A stretch of 60,862 nucleotides of DNA, the filler included, from Jimgerdemannia flammicorona (Eukaryota), in NCBI GenBank assembly GCA_003990765.1. It is 3 parts of 3 records of this genome, joined end to end, with 100 filler letters (N's around TTAATTAATTAA, not from the genome) between each part and the next. Parts side by side here need not be neighbours in the genome. Positions count along the whole stretch, not along the records: positions 40,645 to 60,862 come from RBNJ01001734.1; 2 more parts are not named here. One strand, written 5' to 3'. This document shows positions 52,928 through 60,862 of the stretch, one piece after another (position 1 is the first letter of the stretch; each line of letters starts with the position of its first letter). The notes beneath the pieces were generated by a model. The model did no database searches, was not told the origin of the DNA, and worked only from the letters and a program-made list of their open reading frames with translations. A program made the translations under genes and the position numbers.

Positions 52928-55115
52928 GAGGAGGAGGGTGGGGCTGATACTACTGTCATTTATCATACTTTGGAGGATTGGCACCCACTACAGGTAGAAG
53001 AGCTGGGCAGCCTGGTGCTGCCAGTATAGGAGGAGGAGATTTGTCAGATTCTTGCTGTGACTATACTATATATAGCACTAGGGGAGGATTGCCTGCTCTG
53101 GGATTTTTGGAAGAAAATGGTGGGTGTCTCTAGTATATTGTGAGAGCTGATGGTACTTTGTGACTTAGTACTATAGTCTAGAAGATGGGCAGGTGAGCAG
53201 GATCTTAGGCTGGTGGTACTGCTTTATAAGAATAAGAGTAGAAGAGAGAACTGAAAGAACTGGAGGCTGATCATACTACTGAACATAGACAGAAAGTTAG
53301 TTACTAAGGTAGTAGTAGTGAGGCTGTAGAAGGTGGCCCAATAGATCTTAGGAGAGGAGTAGCAGGGCTTTATAGAGGGCTAGCTTATTAGAGATAGCAT
53401 AGCTTGGGTATATGGTATTATTGAAGAGGTACAAGTCTGTAGACTAAATTTGTACCTGGTCTTCCTAGATCAGGAAAAGGTATATAACCATGTTAAGTAA
53501 GTCTAGATAGCAAAGTTACTGAATTGGATTGACACCCCTCAGTAGTTCTGAGTAGTAATAGTTAGTCTACTGGAAGAGAGTAGAGCTATGCTCATGTATA
53601 ATAAATATTGAGAGGTGGCTTTCTCTCTATGTAGGGGTGTTTCTCAGAGAGACCCACTGTCTTTCATTCTATATACTCTCTTCTTGAAGTATTTAATGGA
53701 TAGGATTTCATAGAGGATAGTAGGGCTTTTAGTATAGAATATTGAATGAAAAGTTAGTGCCTCTACAGATAATATAGTGGTCAGGCTGAGTTTGATTGCT
53801 GATATTGATGAGCTCAGAGAGACTTAGTATAGAGTATACTCTGGGGCTGAACTCAGTTGAGTAATAGTCTGGTGGAGGGGGATGTCATCAGAACAATTAT
53901 CCCTACTGGGGAGGTAGTGAGCTACTTAGATATATATCTCTTAGTATATGAGTTAGTCCTACTAAGGCTGTGGTGGAAGTAGTGGGTTACAATCTGAAGA
54001 GAGACCCTGTAGAGTTGGAGAGGCCACCACTTGTCTCTGGCAGAGTATGTTTCAATTTTGAATATTTACTGGCTATCAAATTTGTAATATTTGGCTTATT
54101 ATCTAAAATTTCTGATATGTGTAGTAAAGAGATTATTGAAATTGGCCAAGGAATAGATCTGGGCTAAGAGGAAGATTAGCTGAAAAATCTTGTCTTTGCC
54201 AGCAGCTAGAAGGAGACTCAGACTGGTTGACTTTCTGAAGGGGTTATACTATCTGAGAGCATGGTGGCTAAAGAGAGTGATAGAGCTGAGAGGCAGTAGC
54301 TGGGTTCCTCTGATGAAGAAGATTTGGAAGATAAGGTCCTCATCAAGAGGTTCTACAGGAGATCTGCTGTCCTTAGTTGGGCTTCAGAACAATGAGTGCA
54401 TGCAGTTTAAGAGCTTCTGGTAGGAAGTAGTGGTTGGGGTACACTATATTGAGATTCAATGGTGGGGAGATGAAGGAGAGATACCTTGGGGCCCAGCAAT
54501 GTAAAGATGGGACCAAGTGTTGTTGGAGGGCATCCCCTTAGATAACTTCAATATTATTAATAGAGTCAAGTACCAGCAGGAGTTAGGGCAGGATCTGTGG
54601 TCCAGCAGATGGCAGTTGGTGGATATTAGAGAAGAGTGGAACTGAAATAGGGTCTGGGCTTAGAGTGCTGAGGTTAGGTAATAGCTGCCACTAAAGTATT
54701 GGGTGGTCTGATGGTATATATTGAGAAAGAATATTATGCTCAACTTTTACTCAGGCCACCTTATAGAGAGTGAAAGCTTTGACTATGAGGAGTGCTATAA
54801 TGTTAGACAGGAAGGAGGTTTTGTATGGATGACAAAACATTGACTAGGAGAGTGTGAGGTGCTTAGTGATTTCTGGATAGTAGTTTGGAAATGATTGGGT
54901 ATTGTGTATAGAGAGGATGGTGTGAGGGGTCAGTGGAAGGATTAGCAGGATAGATTGGTGGAAAGGTTGGGAATGAGTGGCTTACTTTAGGATGGGTACT
55001 GACTGTTTGGATGGGGTTTGTAGATCACTGATTGTTTGTTTTTGAGAAAGGGAGGTAACTGGGTTTAGAAGTGCAGCTGTTAAGATGGGAAGAGTTATTG
55101 GAAGATACTCTGATG
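52928..55115 (+). mobile_element. LINE piece C4 (ORF2 RT region, 5'-truncated, interrupted near its 3' end by C5)
   Basis: Homologous to ~17773-20000. Confidence 0.88.
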
Positions 55116-55119
55116 CAGA

Positions 55120-58100
55120 GACAATATATAGTATCTTTCTCTGATAATATTCAGGTTATACAATATTTGGCAGTACTTCCAACATAGCTTCTAGAGAAAA
55201 GCTACTAGTATCATGGCAATCATTGGATATCTCAAGGTGTGTACTGGGCAGAGTAGCCCAGGTGCTTTTGACTAGCAGTATGTGGAGAGAGGCCCTGGCT
55301 TGGGGGATCTGCTGGTGGGAGGATGTGATAGGGGAGAGGGTAGTGCTGGAGGCCAGGGGACAGGAAGGGTGAGCTTCATGGAGAAGATGAAGGGGGGTCA
55401 GCAGGGAGCAGAGTTAGAGAGTTAGCTGAAGGGGGAAAAGGCAATAGTGAAGACTACTGAGCAGTGGCCTCCTGGGAAAGTCTCTCTGGGGGGTGGGGCT
55501 GGGGATATAGGAGCTGAAGGGGTGACTGCTGATGGGAGAGTGACTGGTGATCAGGAAAAAAATCTAGATGAGACTGCTGATAGTGGACCAAGTAGTGGGA
55601 AATGTACAGGGCCTAGTGATCTAGTAGATGGTATAATGAGACTGGTAGTGGCTCCATTACTCAAGAAGTTGATCTTAGAGTTCGCAGTTACCTTGTGCTT
55701 CTGAGGCTTAGTAGTGACTGCAAAAATGATCTTGGGGCTGATTGCTAAGCAGGTAGCTGGAGCAGCATTCATGAAGTTCTTAAAGGGGCAGAAAGGAGTA
55801 GAGGTGGACTTTGAGGAAACTAGAGCATTGGAGGAGGCACTGAAGGCAGAGTTGTCAGTTGGAGAGGTGTGTGTTTTGATGGTGTGCTATCTGAGATTAG
55901 ACCCCAGGGTAGTGCAATTGCTGTTGAAGGGGGTATCTATGATGACACCTGAGAAGATGAGGAAGAGGGTTGTGGATCTCATAGTAGAATATAGCAAGGT
56001 AGTAGATATTGGGTTCCAGGTCTGGGAGGGGACCTCTTTTAGGACTACAGATATTGATAATCAAATTCAGTTAGCAGGGAAGAAAGCTACTGGAAAAGCT
56101 AGAGACTGGCCTTCAGTAATGGTCTGGAGAGCTTTCCAGTGCAAGGTGATGAGGGTGAAGGGGAGTGAGGAGGAGAAAGAGGATCTGCTGGAAGTGCTAG
56201 AAGAGCTGAGCAGTACTGTAGAGCAGAGGACTAAGGCTTGAAAGATGTATGTCAAGTTGATACATTTGGAAGTAGTAAATAGAAAGAGGATTCAGATTAA
56301 TAAGGGGTGGTGGAAGAGGTCCCAAGATCACAAGAGATAGAGAGAGCTGTTGGCAAAGCTGAAAAGCAGAGCAAAAGCAGATATTAGTTGTGTCAAAATT
56401 GTGAGAAGAGTCAAGGAGAGTGTCAGGGCTGGCAAGGATAGAGAGAATGCATAGAAGGGGCCAGGAGGGGGAGAGGAGGTGAAGCATAATGAGCCTTATG
56501 CAGATGGTACCTTTGAGGTCTGGAAGTCATCCCTAATTCCTATACTACTTATTAGATAAGTTCCAGCTTCAAGGGGTAGGGTGGCAGAGGATATATCTAT
56601 ATGGAGAGTCTAGAGGGTACACTTTGTGGTTCCTGAGGTAGCAAAGGGGGTGCAGGTAGTTGCAGTAGGTGAGAATGAACTGGTGGATATTCAGGAGGAG
56701 GAGTGATATGAGGCTGCAAGCATGGGGGCTGATATCTCTATGCTGGATAGAGAGAGGCCAGCAACTTCTAGAGGGAAGGAAGTGGGTAATCTGCTATAGA
56801 TGTACAAGATGATGACCAACTTTGTGGCAGAGGAACTTAGGGAGGTGGACCTGCAAGTGATGAGTGACAAGCATTGGGCTCATGTCCGGTAAGGTGAGAG
56901 AGTGGTGGAGGTGTTGAAGGCAGAGATACTTGTAATTTACCTGGAGGAGGGAGGGTATGAGATAGATAAGGAGAGGGAGGTGGGGCTGGCAGTTATTGCT
57001 AGTGAAAGAGCTAATTTCTGTTGGGCTGAGCAGCATGGGTTGCAGTTATGGAAGGAGGCCTGCCTGAAGTATTATGATGAATTTGAGGAGAAGGAAGATG
57101 GGAAGCTTAAGGAACTCCTGGCTGGATTAAAGGAAAAGATGATTGTAGAAGAGGAGGAAGCTATGGAGTATAACTTAGACCTGGCTCAGAATGAGAGAAA
57201 TATGGAGCAATAGAGAAAGTACTTACTTTTATATATTATTTATTATGAACAGTATAACCAATATTTTTTTGCTGAATGTGAATAGGCTCTGTAGTTCTTT
57301 TTATAGATGGAACTTTCTTACTTGGCTGAAGAGATTAGAGGTCAATTTCTTTCTTTTGCAAGATATCAGGTATAAGGATGATTTAGATAGACTAGAATAG
57401 ATGAAAGAATAGAGAGTAGAAGCAGTTTGGAAAGGCATGGTTAGGATAATGGTCAGGAAGGGCAGAGGAGAAGTCCAGTTTGTACAGAACTGGTGAGACA
57501 GGCTGGTTTGGGGTGAGTGGATTCACACTGGTTGGGAACCAGTTATGGTTGGATCCTGCTACTGTCCTATAGTGAGAAGTGAGTGTGTAGAGTGGGTGAA
57601 GGGTCTCCAGAAGGAAGGGATGCTAGTAGAGGCTGGAGTGGATGTGCTTTGAGGGACTTTAATATGATCAGGGATGCACAGTTGGATAGGACTGATGGAG
57701 GGCAGGAGACAGAGGAAAGGAGTGGCAGTTTGGAGATATGGGAGGAAGTTGAGAGGCTGAGTGCTTTGGTGAATGCTGACAGGGAGTTATGGAGTAACAG
57801 AAGGGTGTATACTCACCGGGCAAGTGGTCTGGGGATAAGGATTGACTGGATATTGACAGTGGACTGCTGAGGTCGGAATATTTGGAGATCACTAGAGGTG
57901 GAATGGTATCTGGGGTCAGATCATTGGAGACTGTTGAGACATAGCCATTTTGGAGGGAGTGGTAATGGACCCAGACATTGGCATCTCAACTTCTCTCTGG
58001 TAGACAATATAGTTTTGTGTGACAGGTGTGCTGAGGATATTCAGCAGTAGGTAGAAGAGTGGATATAGAAAGATATCTCAGTTGGTATTCAATGAGTGAG

Positions 58101-60862
58101 ACTGAAGGAGGCTGGTAGGATTTTTTGGAGAGAGGCAGGTGCAGTAGCTGGAAAACAGAGAAGGAAGAAGAGATTGTGGGCCACTACAAGGCTGACATAA
58201 TTGTTGGAAGATTGGATGGATTGGGTGACCCTGGAGGGGGTGGAGAATTAGAGATCATGATGGATGAAGAAAGAGAATGGAGAGTTGTAACAGATATTAT
58301 AGGTGGAAGAGGAAGCATAGGTGCAGGATATGAAAGTGTGGCTCTATTGGCAGAGACTAGAGGAAGAGGAGAGGCCCTCTAAATTTCTCATAAGGGTCCT
58401 TCCAGCGAGGAAGGTTCAGCAGAGATGAGAGGGGGTTCTTGATTCTGAAGGGAAATTGGTTTATGGTATATAAGATATTCTAAGGTCATTAAAGGAGCAG
58501 TAGAGTGGTTTGTGGAGTAAGAAGGAGGGCGGGGCAGATAATAAATATATTGAAGATTTGATACCTACTATAGATAGAAGAACTGGACAATATGGTGATA
58601 CTAGTGCAAGAGGAGGAGATTTTCCAGGTTCTTGCTATGACTATGCTAAGAATAGCTCTGGGTGAGAATGGTCTGCTCTGGGCTTTCTGAAAGAAGATGG
58701 TGGATGTTCCTGGTATACTGAGAGAGATGAGGGTGCTCTGTGACTTGGTACTGAAGTCCAGGAGATAGATAGAGGAGCAGGATCTGGGGCTATTTATACT
58801 GCTGTATAAGAATAAGAACAGGAGGGAGGACTGGAGGAACTGGAGGCTGATTATGCTACTGAACATAGACAGGAAGTTGAATATTAAGGTAGTGGTAGCA
58901 AGGCTGTAGAAGGTAGCTCAGCAGATCTTAGGAGTGGAACAATGGAGATTTGTAGGTGGACAACTTATTAGAGATGGCACAGCTTGGGAGCATGGTGTTA
59001 TTGAAGAGGCATGGGCCTGTGGATTAGATAGATACCTAGTTTTCTTAGATCAGGAGAAGGTTTATGACTGTGTCCAGAGAGGCAGGTTGTCTAAGGTACT
59101 AGTCAGAATTGGAGTCCCTCATCAGTTCCAAGGTCAGCCTGCTGGAAGGGAGCAGAGCTGCACTTACATATAAAGGATATTGAGGGGGGGCCTTTTCTCT
59201 GTAGAAGTGTTCTCTAGAGGGATCCACTATCTCCCATTTTGTATGCTCTCTCTCTAGAGCCCTTAATGGATAAGATTTAGCAGAAAATTGGAAAGCTCTC
59301 AGTTTATGGTATTGAGTAGAAAGTTGGGGCCTTTGTAATTGATATGATAGTCAGCCTGGGTTCAATTGCTGATATTGTACAGCTCAAGAAAACTGTGGAG
59401 TGGTATGAGATCTACTCTGGGGCTAAACTCAATTAGCATAAGTATAAAACAATGGTGCTGGGTAATGGGCTGGTAGAGGGGGAGGTTATTGGAACAATTG
59501 TCTCTTCTGGTGAGGCACTGAGGTACTTGGGCATCTATATATCAGTGTATGGGTCTGTTCTTCCAAATCTCTAGTGGGAACAGTGGGTGGTAATCTGGAG
59601 AGAGGTCTTGTAAAGCTAGAGAGACTGCTACTTGTTGCTGGCAGGGCATGTTTCTGTATTGAATACTTACTGACTGCCAAAGGTATAGTATCTAGTCTAT
59701 TACCTGGACTTTCTAGTCTAGATAGTGAAGAGACTGTTGAAACTGGCCAAGGGATAGATCTGGGCATAGAGAAGGAGTCAGATTAGCTGGGAAATTCTGT
59801 CCCTACTGATGACTAAAGGGGGCCATGAACTGGTTGACTTCCTGAAGAGACTATACTGCTTAAGAGCACAATAGCTGAAGAGAGCTATTGAGCTGTGGGG
59901 TGGCAGCTGGGTCTCTCTATTGAAGAAGATCCAAGAGATGAGATTCTTACTAAGAGGGTCTACAGAGGATCTTCTGGTCTTAGTTGGGCTGTGAAACATT
60001 GGCCATATGCAGTATAATGGTTTTTGATTGTGAGTTGTTGATGGGGTATACTGTATTGACATTCATTAGTAAGGGAATGAGGGTGAAATACCTTGGGGCT
60101 CAGCAATATTGAGGTGGGACTGAGTGTTGCTGGGAGGCATCCCCCTTAGTGACTTTGATATTTGTTATGGGGTTGAGTGCCAGAGGGGGTTGGGGCAGGA
60201 TCTGTGGCCCAGCAGATAGCAGTTGGTAGGTATTGGTGAAGAGTTGGACTAGAATAGAATCTGGAGCTAGTGAGCTGAGGTTTGGCAGTAGATGCTACTG
60301 AAGTACTGGATGGTCTGGTAGCACATGTTGCAGAGGAATGTTATGCTCAACTTCCACTCTGGCCACCTGGTAGAAGGGGGAAATTTTGACTGTGAGGAGT
60401 ACTATAATGTGGGACAGGAAGAGGGTTTCATACAGATGCCTGAACACTGGCTAGGAGAGTATGAGATACTTAGTGACTTTTAGATAGAGGTTGGAAAGAG
60501 GTTGGGTGTCATATGGTGGGGGGATGGTGTGAGGAATTAGGTAGAGGATCTCCAAGATAGATTGGTAGAAGGGATTGAGAGTGAATAGCTTATATTAGGA
60601 TGGGTGCTAGCTATATGGGTAGGGCTAGCAGGATACTAGTTATATATATTTGAGGATGAGAGATACCTGGGCTTAGAAATATAGCTGGTGTGATAAGAGG
60701 ATCTGGTGGAGGATACTCTGAAGGGCTGGTGGCTTAGGTGGGGACTACAAAGTGGTTGGCAGTATTATCTGGTGGAGAAGATCTGTGGCCAAGATGGGGG
60801 GAGGGTTAGAGTTGTGTAAGACAGAGTGATTTTCAAGCATGAAGGGGTGAGGGGGTGAGGGG
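55120..60862 (+). mobile_element. Near full-length decayed LINE C5 (ORF1 ~55213-57213; ORF2 from 57245 to the window end)
   Basis: Collinear with C2: MNSITNIFLLNVN, DFNMI, IRIDWIL, SDHW, FLDQEKVYD, CEEY..HWLGE. Confidence 0.9.

Noticed and set aside
11410..60862. In-frame TAG/TGA/TAA codons as evidence of an alternative genetic code
   Set aside because: Stops fall at different positions in different copies and at Trp/Gln/Arg codons; the two host genes use the standard code.

Overview
Eukaryotic, most likely fungal, scaffold window. The first ~5 kb is ordinary CpG-containing genic DNA with a head-to-head pair of intron-rich housekeeping genes: complex I subunit NDUFS8/TYKY (minus strand, 6 exons) and 40S ribosomal protein eS26 (plus strand, 5 exons). 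Their ATGs are only 173 bp apart. From ~5.1 kb to the end the window is a nested, decayed transposon block, almost free of CpG and TpA-rich in the older copies, with two scaffold gaps. I resolved four LTR families and one LINE family (labels are mine). A: Ty3/gypsy, one full-length and one 5' copy. B: chromovirus with 2-kb LTRs, four pieces. D: 1.3-1.4-kb solo LTRs. E: degenerate gypsy. C: L1/Tx1-like LINE, five pieces. The most interesting signals are: (1) family B LTRs carry a ~350-codon ORF of unknown function, and its polyprotein runs NC-dUTPase-protease, a layout reminiscent of MMTV; (2) three different gypsy families each encode a dUTPase, in two different positions, accompanied by a shared small C-P-H-G...C-x-x-C module; (3) family A has an extra ORF at the env position; (4) two LINE fragments 23 kb apart join in frame to the base; (5) a RIP-like CpG then CpA C-to-T erosion gradient. 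All translations and alignments were done by eye, and internal domain boundaries are approximate.
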